Shown: one piece after another, positions 19,285-31,358 of the stretch | How positions within the stretch are numbered: position 1 is the stretch's first letter | Layout of the letters: every line of letters begins with the position of its first letter | Position numbers and translations under genes: made by a program | The notes under the pieces: model-generated | Seen by the model: only the letters and a program-made list of their open reading frames with translations | Database searches by the model: none | What the model was told of the DNA's origin: nothing | Assembly: GCA_951406725.2 (NCBI GenBank) | Contig: OX597826.1 | Coordinates: forward strand, 52,576,001 to 52,640,000 | Origin: Octopus vulgaris | Taxonomy: Eukaryota | Length of the DNA stretch: 64,000 nucleotides | Direction of reading: 5' to 3'

Positions 19285-19710
19285 GCTTGCTGGCAGAAAC
19301 GTTAGCAAGTCGGACGAAATGCTTAGCGGCATTTCGTCTGTCTTTACGTTCAGAGTTCAAATTCCACTGAGGTAGACGTTGCCTTTCATCATTTCGGGGT
19401 CGATAAATTAAATACCAGTTGCGTACTGGGTCAATCTAATTGACTAGCCTCCTCAACAAAAATTTCGGGCTGTGTGCCTTGAGTAGAAAAGATTATTAAA
19501 GGTGGCAAACTGGCAGAAACTTTAGCAAGCCGGGCGAAATGCTTAGCAATATTTCGTCTGTCTTTATGTTCTGAGTTCAAATTCCGCCGAGGTCGACTTT
19601 GCCTTTCATCCTTACGTGTCGATAAATTAAGAACTAGTTGCGTACTACAGTCAATCTAAACGACTAGCTACCTCCCCAAAAATTACGAGCCTTGTGCCTA
19701 GAGTAGAATA
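19285..19710 (+). mobile_element. Two tandem copies of a SINE
   Basis: Units at ~19285 and ~19501: CTGGCAGAAAC.TTAGCAAG.CGG.CGAAATGCTTAGC...GAGTTCAAATTCC...GTGCCT.GAGTAGAA. Confidence 0.85.
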
Positions 19711-19891
19711 GAACATTAATGTATGTTACATTGCAAATTTTTAAAATTGTAAAAGATACAAAATGCAAAAATAATATGTGAAAAATCAGGCTAAGTACGA
19801 ATTTTAGAAACTTATCTATCCACACACGCACACACGCACACACACACGCCCACACACACACACACACGTCCACACACACACACACGTTCAA

Positions 19892-19929
<38 letters not shown>

Positions 19930-20244
19930 TACGGAGATGTACTTGCATAGCAAGTGATTTGATCTGAGATCGTGTGTTGGAACGAAAACAATTGCGGGGT
20001 GGAAGGTGTTTGTTAAGCCATTTAAGAAACACACAAAAGTCGTTCGATTCACTTCAACATTAAAGTTTAATTTGTCAAAATATTTTCGTCGCTATAAGAC
20101 CGCGACCTGTTCACTGACAAAAAAATCCGTGTTGCATCTGAGCAGCAATATTTTCACAAATTAAACTTAAATGTTGAAGTGAATCGAACGGCTTTTGTGT
20201 GTTTCTTAAATGGCTTACAAACACCCTCCACGCTGCAATTGTTT
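19930..20244 (-). mobile_element. Short PLE-pLTR-like element with ~100-bp inverted arms in (TA)n
   Basis: 19986-20085 inverted at 20148-20244; contains an HHR; both flanks are (TA)n. Confidence 0.75.
20071..20121 (-). ncRNA. Type I HHR with swapped G3-C8 core (GUGAACA)
   Basis: Minus strand: TTTGTCA-GTGAACA-G-GTCGC-GGTCTTATA-GCGAC-GAAA-ATAT-TT-TGACAAA; 7-bp stem I, 5-bp stem II. Confidence 0.75.
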
Positions 20245-20280
20245 ATATATATATAATTTAATTGAATAAGATAGAATCAA

Positions 20281-20511
20281 CAAGGAGTACGGTTAGACAG
20301 TTACTTAATAATCACTGAGTTGGATGTGTTAGCACCGAAGTCGAAGGTTTTGTAACTACAGCTACAGCAATTGTTTATCACATGAAGATATACAACTGGA
20401 TCCCATTTTGAAGTAAGCCGTTGCATAGTTAAATTCCTGTATATATGAAGATCTATGTTGTATGGAAATATGTGCAGTTATTATACAATAACTGTCTAAC
20501 TGTACTCCTTG
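20281..20511. mobile_element. MITE-like element with ~35-bp terminal inverted repeats
   Basis: CAAGGAGTACGGTTAGACAGTTA pairs with TAACTGTCTAACTGTACTCCTTG. Confidence 0.7.
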
Positions 20512-20939
20512 GAAGTATATCATAATACTACCGGCTATTTAGTAATTCTAAGAGTAAACGAGCTCTATTTTGTACTCTGCTACAATCCTAACGGAATACA
20601 CCTTAGATATACATATATAAAGATACGGTTCATTGAATCTAATCAAGAAGGGTGATTGATTACTATTTCTAGAATGCAACAAACAAATCATTTGTCTCTA
20701 TGCAGACGATTGCCAAATTAATAAAAAAATTATCGTGAGTAGGTAAAACAACAACAATCAAACACCATGATGCTCATTTCTCTCTTAATATGTGCCGTGA
20801 GATTTGAACACTGTTGTATTTGAAAGAACACCCGCTCTCTTCAGACGAGTGGGAGTCGAAAACGCTAAGAAGTGGTGCATGGCACTAGAATTTTCGACTC
20901 GAGTCAAATGTAGCACACTACTCCAAATCTCGTTAAACT

Positions 20940-21310
20940 AACAGCATAAGTGGAGTCAAGACCGGTGAGGTTGCACCGGCATCGAGTAGTAATGTAATAA
21001 TGATTTATTTATATTAGCAATTGTAATAATGAAATCATTTAATACGTACGTTTGCGTAATATATAATAAGAAATGCATTCATTATGTAAACCTTCCTCAG
21101 TTAAAAGATTTTTAAAATAATTTTGAAATGCATTAACTGATGAAGGTTTACGTAATGGATGCATTTCCTATTATATGTTATGCAAGCTTTAAACGTACGT
21201 TTTACCTGATTTCAAAATGTCACTATCTGGTTTGACTTCATTATCACAACTAATAGGTCTAGATGTCAGTGCAAGCTGGTCGGTCTTGACTCCAGTTATG
21301 CTGGTAGTGT
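20940..21310. mobile_element. Foldback element with an inverted pair of degenerate HHRs
   Basis: 20944-20985 inverted at 21262-21305; 21040-21105 inverted at 21133-21204. Plus-strand HHR: TAA-CTGATGA-AGGTTT...AAGCTT-TAAA-CGTACG-TT-TTA (G12 lost). Confidence 0.7.
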
Positions 21311-22170
21311 AATAGTGAAAATGCTGGTACCTTGCACCGTTTCTCAGCATAACACGATTTATATATAACAAATCATGATAAACACAATCAGAATCTGATC
21401 TCTAAAACCCGTGTTAATCCATACACCCCAAATATTATTGAAACTTATTACACAATATACATGGATACAGCACCAGTCGTTGTTTATTCGAAACAGCTGT
21501 AAAGATACGACCTGATTACGGGGTTCTTTTATTATTTGTATATTCAGCTTCATGTGTAAATACACTATTAATGCCTACTTTTCTTCTCTTCCTCTACACA
21601 CACACAAACACACACACGCACATAACGCACACACGGTCATATATGTGTGTGTGAACTAAACCTTTCTCGACTAAAGCTTTGCAGCCTTGCGATCCTCAAC
21701 TCAGTATTGGTGGTAGATTTATATCGTTTAATGCGTGTGTGTGGTTTAGTTTTTGTGATTCTTCATGGGTTTACGTTTCGCATTTATTTATCGGTGGGAT
21801 GGGCTCTCTTCTCTGTAATCATTATTAAATATTTATGTTTTTTATTGTGTGAAGCGGTGTTCGTATTTCTTGCAATTGTTAGTGGGAGGGTGCGTTATTA
21901 ATTTGTTTTATGATTGGTGAAAGAACATATTTTCATATTTTATTTTTTGTGCCTATATGTGTAGGTTGAATGTACATTGGCAGATGTTAGTTGGAGAATA
22001 GTTGCTAATGAATGGGCTTAAATGTAAAACTATTTGGATACATACATATTGTGAGTAAATATATCCGTGATGGGGTGTAACTATACAAACAAATATACAT
22101 GCATACACACATACACACACACATATATACGCATATATATATATTCATATACACATGTATATATATATTG

Positions 22171-24798
22171 CAGGGACTTGCGTCTAGGTAGGCAAGGTCG
22201 GCAGTGCCTACCTTGAATAAAATAGATCAATAGCAGCATTTTCCTTTTATGGCAAACTATACACTTAATTCAATAAAATTATGAAGGTTACTCTGATTAC
22301 TATGCATAAAATATAAAATCTTTTTTTGTAGATTAGATAGGTATAATTCTCCCCTGCCTTTGAATATCAGTATTTAAGCTACGCATAGTATTGTTGAAGT
22401 ACACGTGTCATGTGCACTCCTACAGCACCGCTTTCTAACCGTGCTATAAAGGCAGAAGTAAATCTGCCTCCAGCTCAGTCACGCGCCTGTGTTTCGCATA
22501 TTTTTCGTGTGTTTTACTTTCAGTTTTAGCTCATTTCCATATATTTATATTTTTTCCCATTTCCAGCAATGGATAGTGACTATCTTAAGACATTTTCAAA
22601 ACTAGCTTATGAAGAAAAATGACAAATTATTTAAAAAATGGTAGACCAACACCAGAACTTAAGGACCTAAAACAACAGAAAAGGACAAAAATCATTAGAA
22701 CATTTCAAACCACTTGGCGCAGCAAGAAAGAATGGTTGTGGGGATGTACTACAAGTAAAAGGCTTTTTTGTTACGCATGTTTGCTATTTTCTATATCTAG
22801 TGTAAGGTAGTGTGGTTAAAAGAAGAATATTGTGGTTTAAATAATTTGCCCAATGCTTTAAGTAAACACGAATGATCAGCAGAACATTATGGAAGCCAAA
22901 TATAGAAAATATTAGGATCTACACAAATCGACTTAGTCTTAGATAAACAGAAGTCCGTCGGCATTGAAGTTCACAATAAAAAGTTTAAAGAGCACAGAGA
23001 TATTTTTTTTCTTTTAATAATTTCTGCTACTCGTTTCTTGAGTAAGCGTGAACTTACTTTTCACAGAGATAATGAACAGAAATCATCGTTAAATTGCGAA
23101 AGCTATGTTGAGTTACTGAACTATACTGCAAGGTTTGATGAGAAATTGGCATAAAATTTACAGAATTCATCAGTTTTTTTTTTCTGGTCTTTATAATAAA
23201 ATACAAAATGACTTGATAGAAGCAGTAGGCACGATCATAGAAAATAATATTAAAGAAGTCGCACAAGCCTCGTTTATTACCATAGAAGTAGATAAGACGA
23301 CTAATATTTCATGTACAATTCGATGTTCTACAGTATTGAGGTACGTGTTGGACTCTGATATCGAAGAAATCTTTATAGGATTTGACATTCTTAAGGACAA
23401 ATCTGTTGGAGGTGTAACAGAGTGTATATTTAATAATTTGGATAAATATGACTGTTGTGAGAAACTTGTATCACAGACGTACGATGGGACAATAGTGATG
23501 GCATCCAGTTGAAATGGTGTTCAATTTAAAGTAAGAGAAAGGGCGTCAGCAGCTTTATTTATTCACTGCTATGCTCATAAGCTAAATCTTGTTCTATATC
23601 AGTCAATAGAATTTATTCCTGAATGTACAAGTTTTTTCAAGACCAATGAGGCACTTGCCTCATTTTTCCATCACTCTACAAAGCAAACGTTACTTCTTGA
23701 AAATGCAATCTTACGAGATGGAGTTCGAATTCAAAACTAATCCAGACTATTTTACAATACTGTTGTGACCTTTGCAAACTCTTCAACAGTATGAACAATA
23801 ATCCTATGTTGTGGGATCCAGATACGTTAGTGCGAAGCAATGGGTTTTATGAGTGGCTAACAAAAGACTCAACGTACTTTTTTCTGATGGTTTATAATGA
23901 AATTTTCATTAACTCTGACATTCTTTTTAATCTCTTACAAACCAAAATGATAGACATTTCATACTGCATTGAGAGGATTAATGGGATAATAAATTTATTT
24001 GAGAATCTACACAAAATTTCGAGGATTTGTATGTAAAGTTTGTAGAATGTTACAGAGAAAATAACTTAATTAAATCAAAGTCTCATGCGAAAGGTTCAGT
24101 TAAAGAAGAAAGAATGGGAATATTTGGAGTAATTTTGGATGACATACTGATGAACATGAAAGTAGGATTTGCTGATTTCAAAAAGTTCATTTCATTAGTT
24201 CATGAAAATAAATTTTAAGATCTTGCTTGCCAAGTTGATAAGGATGCATTTGAAAGTTTAGAAAAGAACGATGGAAAATTTTTCGACGACATAAGAGTGA
24301 AAGCGGATTTAGCTGGAATTTACAATGCACGAGTGTTTCGAGATAAATCCGTTAAAACTTTGCTTGATTCTATATTTGGAAATAAACTGACATAAACGTT
24401 CCTCGAAGTTGTGAAGTTGGTGTAATTAATCTTAACAGTTCCTGTTATAACTGTTTTTGTGGAGAGGTCGTTTTCTGCTTTCAAAAGAATTAAGAGCTAC
24501 ACTAGGAACAGAATGACAAATCGAAGGCTTTTGTTACTTGCTTTAATATCCATTGAAAAAGAAAGACTTAACAAAATGGGGAAATACCCTACTTTCAATT
24601 TCTACGAAAAAGCAATTGATATTTTTGCTACAAAGAAAGCGAGAAGAATGCATTTCCTGTACAAATAGGCTAATATAATTGAGAATTAAACATTTTAAAT
24701 ATCTTATCCTTCTATATACTAACAAATCTGTTGATGATAGTTTACTACATAAATGTCACCAACTGTCTACCCTGAGAAATTTTGACGGCACGTGCCTG
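22171..24798 (+). mobile_element. Full-length but decayed hAT transposon (ZMYM1-like/DUF4371-type transposase)
   Basis: Imperfect TIRs CAGGGACTTGCGTC / GACGGCACGTGCCTG. Fragments 22569-24668: EWLWGC..LFCYACLLF, NKIQNDLIEAVG, IEVDKTTNIS, SQTYDGTIVMA, FIHCYAHKLNL, ERSFSAFKRIKSYTRNRM..RL..LALISIE. Confidence 0.92.
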
Positions 24799-24832
<34 letters not shown>

Positions 24833-25142
24833 GTGTGTGTGTTTGTTTGTGTGTGTTTGTGTGTGTGTGTGTGTGTATGTGTGTGTGTATGTGTGTGTGT
24901 ATATACAGAATATGTAAAAATTTAAGATAATAGGAACGTATTAGGAATGCTCTGTTTTGTTTACCATCGAACCTCCGGCTTGAAATGCAACTGAATGAGT
25001 GATGTTGAAACTGCCTATCAAGAGCAGCAATTGGTGGTTTGTCCCTGAGCAGGTAGATAAAGATTAAAGTAAAAATGAAAAGGCAAACCATTTGGCATCG
25101 CTTGAAATTGATATTTTATTTAGATAGAGAATATAGGGATAC

Positions 25143-25585
25143 AGAATGTCTTACAGCTGTTTCTAGAATAACCAAGCATGTGGATCATTATATTGAGTAA
25201 TGGTTTCACAGACTGAGTTGCTGGATGTTCGATGATATTTCATGGAAGTAAACAGTTTCAGTTTTCAGAACTGGAACTGGTAACTCCCACCATGTCTTGC
25301 CATGGCTTTTCATGGAACATTCTTATTTGAAGTTGCACTTAGATATTATCTATAACTGCATTTTTCATTTACTCGTGGATCTATCTAACACATTCCTATT
25401 TTACTCTGATCCTTGCCTCATTCTTTATGAACTGGAATATATCAATATCCTCGATTGGGAAATTCCCCTCCCTTCTACACCTCCTTGACTTCTCCCTCTC
25501 AGATGATTGAATAATCAGACTATGGAACCACAACTCAATATGATCCACACGCTTGGCTATTCTAGAAACGGCTGTAAGGGACTAA
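25143..25585. mobile_element. Inverted pLTR-like pair with degenerate HHR (25493-25581, +)
   Basis: 25143-25225 inverted at 25515-25585; TCCCT-CTCAGATGA-TTGAATAATCA...TGGCTATTCTA-GAAA-CGGCTG-TA-AGGGA. Confidence 0.65.
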
Positions 25586-25713
25586 GTATATATATATATA
25601 TATACGCGCGCACTCAAATAGATATACACACAGACGCGTACACTCACGGACACACACAAACACAAACTCAGGCACGCACGTGCACACACACACGCACATA
25701 CATACATACATAT

Positions 25714-25785
<72 letters not shown>

Positions 25786-26179
25786 CCCCATTCTGCTTGG
25801 AAGCTATTGTCGAGTATTTAATAGCGGCTTTCAAACTGTGCTTAAAGAATATCTGTTTAATAGTTTCTAGATTTCATATTTCATATATCCGAAGGATCTC
25901 GAATGAAATTCGCGTAATCACGTGATGTATGGCGAGCCAATTATTCACTCTAACATTCACGCCTCTCGTTCACCCACAACATTTCGCTGTTTGATTAAAT
26001 AACTGTGAAAATGGCGCATACATTAAAACTACTACCACCATTGTTGCGAACTATGTTCACCACCAAACATCATGTATATCTTAGGCTCGTACACAGCCAA
26101 AATCTCACTACTAAATATTATCCAACGTTAGCTTATTACAGCTGACCAACAATGACTGTCCGAGTTGGTATTTAGACGT

Positions 26180-26420
26180 TTTAGAGAAGTTTATGAGGAG
26201 GATTTGATAATAACTGGTAATCCTGGCTTGTTTCATAATTGTCCGAACATAATTTCAATATGAAGAAAGGTAAGCTATAATTATTTGGGTTTGCTTTGAA
26301 GAAGAAAAATTTTTGTAACGATAAACCGCTCGCAGGGCGACCAATAAAATAAACTTTCTTTACGGACGATGACATGATAGATCATGCCCATCTCTATGCA
26401 CTTATTTTCATCTGAAGTGG
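26180..26420 (-). pseudogene. Possible highly decayed PLE GIY-YIG endonuclease fragment
   Basis: Across a frameshift: NKCIEMGMIYHVIV / KVYFIGR...FKANPNNYSLPFFILKL. Confidence 0.35.
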
Positions 26421-26685
26421 TAGCAATGGGGAGTGATTTGAAATGACGCAATAATTACTTCCTACTGGATTATAATCTTAGTTTGTCAAGGGAGACTATT
26501 CATAGGGGAATAGTCGCTGCAATATCAATATGTTATAGAAGTCACAAAGTCATTTTTCTGTCACTCGGATCCTTAGTCTGAAAGGTATTTTGATGTGTGT
26601 GTGTATGTGTGAGTTTCTGTGTGCGCGTGTGTATGTATATATATATATATATGTGTGTGTGTGTATGTATGTATATATGTGTATG

Positions 26686-26718
<33 letters not shown>

Positions 26719-26727
26719 ATATATATA

Positions 26728-26761
<34 letters not shown>

Positions 26762-26782
26762 GATATGTATATATATATATAT

Positions 26783-28003
26783 TTGGCTGACCGGTTCGCG
26801 GAACACCTTCGTGACATCCACCTTGCGAACGACACACCGGTCTCACGCCATTTCTGCTCCACCGGTCACTCCTTGCAACACCTATCTGTGTTCGGTTTGT
26901 CCTTACACAGAGGCCATCCGGATTCCCGTTTGCGCCGTGAACAGGAATTAATCTTCTCTCTTCGCTCTTATACGCCATTTGGTCTTAACTCTCCCCCCCT
27001 CCTCATCTAACCCCCTCTCCCCCTCCTCACCTATCCTTTCTCCCCCGACCCCTACTTCTTCAGTCCTTCATCCTTTCACCCCTACTCCCCTTCCCTTCTT
27101 CCCTCTTTCTCCCTCCCTCTTCCCCTTCCCTCTGCTCCCTCACTCCCTCTCTCCCTTCTCTCTCCCCCTCTCCCTCTTTCCTCCTTCATCCCCCTCCTCC
27201 CCTTCCTTCTCCCCCATCATCTCCTCTTCCCCCTTCTCCTACCCCTCTTCTTCCCTCCCCATCTTCTTCCCCTCCCCTTCTCTCCCCCCTCTTCTCCCCC
27301 TCCCCTTCTCTCCCCCTTCTTCTCACCACATGACTTTACACATCACATCACATATGATGTGCCATACTAATACACACACCAGCTAATACATACTAATACG
27401 TACTAATACATACTAGTACATACTAATACTTACACCAACCCTATACATACACACGTCCAGACTCCGCATACGCACTTATACTCTCTCACACACACACACA
27501 CACACCTATACATACCAATACGTACTAATACATACTAATACATACTAATACATACACCAACCCCATACATACGCACGTCCAGACCAATCCTACGCACTAA
27601 TACTCTCTCATACACACACACACACACACACACCCTTATACATACTAATACATACACCAACCCTATACATACACACATCCAGACCCTCCCACGCACTTTT
27701 AGCTGGTCCCTCAACCCTTTTATCAACCCTATTATCTCCCCTTATTTCGCTCTCGCGTCTCATGTTTGATCTTTGACCTCTGGCCGAAATCAGATCGCCA
27801 TGTTGATTCGTTAGCTACTGCACGCATTTTTTTCTCTCCTTCTTTCTGTGTTTTTCTCTCTCTGTGTATCTTTCTGTTGATGAGCGTAGGCTCGAAACGT
27901 TAAAGACTTGTTTTATTTATATTTCCTGAGCGCCATACTAATACAATTGTTCGTTTGTTTTCCACCTGCCTTCGTCTTTTGTTTATTTTCATAAAGCTTC
28001 CCG

Positions 28004-28005
<2 letters not shown>
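26783..28005 (+). mobile_element. Second copy of the Neptune-like PLE 3' end
   Basis: Near-identical to 14578-15794 with the same 3' terminus GCTTCCCGTT; ORF ends FGLNSPPLLI* at 27010; flanked by (TA)n. Confidence 0.93.
27869..27906 (+). ncRNA. Minimal HHR-like motif, CUGUUGA core (copy 2)
   Basis: TCTTT-CTGTTGA-T-GAGC-GTAG-GCTC-GAAA-CG-TT-AAAGA. Confidence 0.7.
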
Positions 28006-28065
<60 letters not shown>

Positions 28066-28068
<3 letters not shown>

Positions 28069-28458
28069 CTTAGGGGTAGCCATATTGAGATGGCAAATAT
28101 ACGTCACGATGTGTTACCGCTACTGTATATAACTCACTTTGATATTTATCATTGTTTGATTTCACTTTTTCAATATCAGCGACAGTGGACGCTGGAAAAA
28201 GTATAAGTATTTGTGAAGGAAATCTAATTCTCGGCGACAACTATGATTGTCACACGCTGACGAGTGGTCAATACCTCGAAACTCGAGTCCGTGTGTATCA
28301 TAAGTTGAAGACGGGAAGGATGACTTCCCTTTGCAAATACTGACAGGACACAGAAAGTGTGTCTATGGCCAGCTGGAGGAGTGTGTCCTCCTGGTGCTAA
28401 AAACTACAGTAGCATCCACCCTTAGGGGTAGCCATATTGAGATGGCAAATATACGTCA

Positions 28459-28462
<4 letters not shown>
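28066..28462 (+). mobile_element. Retrozyme-like non-coding element: 352-nt unit plus 45-nt terminal direct repeat, in (TA)n
   Basis: ACCCTTAGGGGTAGCCATATTGAGATGGCAAATATACGTCACGAT at 28066-28110 and 28418-28462; central canonical HHR; several hairpins. Confidence 0.8.
28251..28295 (+). ncRNA. Canonical type I hammerhead ribozyme
   Basis: CACACG-CTGACGA-GTGG-TCAATA-CCTC-GAAA-CTCGAG-TC-CGTGTG; GUC cleavage triplet; palindromic stem III. Confidence 0.92.
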
Positions 28463-28513
<51 letters not shown>

Positions 28514-28516
<3 letters not shown>

Positions 28517-28704
28517 TTTCATTTGCTTCAGTCATTTGACTGCCCTCATGCTGGAGCACCGCCTTTAGTCGAGCAAGTCAACCCCAGAACTTATTCTCTG
28601 TAAGCCTAGTACTTATTCTATCGATGTCTGTTGCCGAAACACGAAGGTACGGTGACGTAATCATATAAACATCGGTTGACAGACGATGTTGGGAGGGCAA
28701 CATA

Positions 28705-28772
<68 letters not shown>

Positions 28773-28938
28773 TACGACAGGCTTCTTTCAGTTTCAGTCT
28801 ACCAAATCCACTCACAAGGCTTTGGTTGATCCGGAGCTAAAGCAGAAGACACTTACCCAAGGTGCCATGCTGTGGGACTGAACCCGGAACCATGTGGTTG
28901 ATAAGCAAGTTACTTACCACACAACCACTCCTGCGCCT
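28514..28938 (-). mobile_element. tRNA-derived SINE with internal (TA)n
   Basis: Minus-strand head GGCGCAGGAGTGGTTGTGTGGTAAGTAACTTGCTT...ATGGTTCCGGGTTCAGTCCCA; same family as 49281. Confidence 0.9.
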
Positions 28939-29048
28939 ATATACCTCCCACATATATATGCGTATGTATGTATATATATATATATATACGAACACACACA
29001 CATTTGTATATCGAGGGATATACCGTTGTAGCTTATGTATAAGCATGC

Positions 29049-29121
<73 letters not shown>

Positions 29122-29362
29122 CACACACATATACATATGTGTGCCTACGTGCGTGTATGTGTGCGCGTGCGCATGTATATGTGTGTGTGCTTGAAAACTT
29201 GGTAAGATATTTTCTTAATATGAAACCAATGGTAAACTTTATATGCATATAAAGAATCTTTGTCCACCAATGCGGTACTGAGCACTCATTCTTATTGTTT
29301 AACAATTACGTGTATATATATATATCTATGTATGTATGTATGTTCATGTCTGGATTAACTAC

Positions 29363-29429
<67 letters not shown>

Positions 29430-29785
29430 TATATACGTAAAAGAGCTATAGCATATATAATTTTATAGTTTTATTTTGGGATAGTAATGAAAGCAAATAT
29501 ATCAACTCAGAAAACTATATCTAAGCTATTCAGACATTAAAGCGTTGATTTATTTGCGTATATATTAAGATTCAACAAAACAAGCCTGAATATATTACAG
29601 GCTTCTGTTGTTAAAGGAAAATTTGGAACCAAAATATGTAAGACTGATGAAAGAGGCTAAACAAAGACACAAGCATCTTTATTACTTCAGGTAAGTAGCA
29701 GGCAATACAGCAACAAAAATTAGCAAAACGAAAGAAAAAGTAAACGGAATATAAAATTATTTTAGAGATGATAGAGAGCTACGAT

Positions 29786-30480
29786 TTTCATTTCATTTCA
29801 TTTCATTTGAGTTTGAGTCCATGCTCAGGCCAAGTCGAAGACTCCGCCCTCAGAGTCTGGTGTGGTTGCCAGGTTGTATTCTCTGTTTAATTTTGACATG
29901 TGTAGGAGCGAGTTTGAGTCAGTTTGTGCTCGTTGTGTATATCCTGGGAGATGGGGTTCATCTCTAATGGTGCTTAAGTATCTATCCAGCTGCAATTTGA
30001 ATGATTCCACACTGCATCCTGATAGATTTCTGACATGTACCGGAATGGAGTTGAATAGTTGTGCTCCTCGAACCAACAGACTTGATTCTCGCAGGGTTTT
30101 TGCTGCCTGGCCAGCCTTTTTGTTGATTGGTGGTAACTGGCAGCGTCTTCCGTGGCGCAGTGAGTGGTAGGTTTTGATACCAAAGTTTGGCACCTTTTGC
30201 TCTATCATTTTCCAAATGTATATAATTCGGTATCGCTCAAATCTTCTTTCTATTGAGTACATCCTCAAGGTTTTGAGTCTTTGCCAATAGTCCAGGTCCC
30301 TCGTTTCTGAGAAGTATGAGGTAAAATTTCTTTGGAGCGATTCCATCTTAGATAGTTGGCCCTTTGTTGTTAGTGACCACAACTGAGAACAGTAGTCAAT
30401 CCTTGGAAGTATCATACTGTTCCAGAGGGTTTTCATTGTTGAGGTATCTCTTGATCTGAAGGTGCACAAGATCCACCCGC
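29786..30480 (-). mobile_element. 5'-truncated CR1-clade LINE 3' end with (AAATG)n tail
   Basis: ORF 29825-30469: IDYCSQLW, LDYWQRLKTLRMYSIERRFERY, LDRYLSTIRDEP..PGY...NSL. Confidence 0.92.
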
Positions 30481-31016
30481 TATTTAAATAATAGCGAAGA
30501 AGATCGAAACTTTTTCACAAATGTATGTCTTTTATGTAAGTTTAGGTATTGCATCTTTTGCCCACCTCATATTATAGAAAGAAGAATCATCACTTGTTTT
30601 GGTGAAGTTATTAAAGGGTGAGGGCAGAGAGTAGACTGCTCATCTCATATAAACTATAGTGCAAACTTACAGCTCTTTTGTTAAAAGCTTACCGAAATTG
30701 AATTTGTTTTCCATTATTTAGTGGTCAATAAAATTAGCATTAATATATTGAAATTGACGCAAATATTTATACCCTATTTGTTTTATAATATCATTTAACT
30801 AAAACCGGAATGGATACCACTGTAAATTCGGTAGTTTGGATCGTTTTCCTTATGAATATGTATGTACTATGCATATTTATAAACATATGCATATATGTAC
30901 ATACCGCCATTTATGTGTCATAAAATATGCATTTACCCTGTTGGAAAGTGGGATACCAATTTATTTTATTGATTTCTTTATTTTTAGAAAAAAATCTCCC
31001 CATTGACACAATATAC

Positions 31017-31175
31017 ATCGGAAGGAGGTACACATCGTTTGAGCTGTGACTCACGAGAACCGAACAACAGGTGACGAACGTGTGCACGGCATTATCCATC
31101 CCCAAGTATGGCAAAACGCGCCTATTGTTCTCGTGAGTCACTGCTGCGACGGGGATCACCTCGTTCGTTCCGATA
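31017..31175. other. GC-rich ~160-nt long hairpin
   Basis: ATCGGAAGGAGGT...GCTGTGACTCACGAGAAC pairs with GTTCTCGTGAGTCACTGCTG...ACCTCGTTCGTTCCGAT. Confidence 0.75.
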
Positions 31176-31358
31176 CATATTTTGTATTTATAACATATCT
31201 TTGAAAACATTTTCATTCAGACAAGGAATAAAAACCACACAAAAAAACAAACAACAAACAGCATTATACACTTCCACGGTGTATATAGATTTAATATGAT
31301 ACACAAGTGGCAAGTTGACTTTATCGCCGTTTCAATTACGTTCACCGAATGTATGTAT

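Noticed and set aside
21380-21510. GAAACAGCTGTA half-hammerhead
   Set aside because: No matching CUGANGA core or stem II partner found upstream.
29595-29696. Possible host exon (TTACAG...CAG|GTAAGT)
   Set aside because: Splice-like signals only; no recognisable coding content or partner exons.
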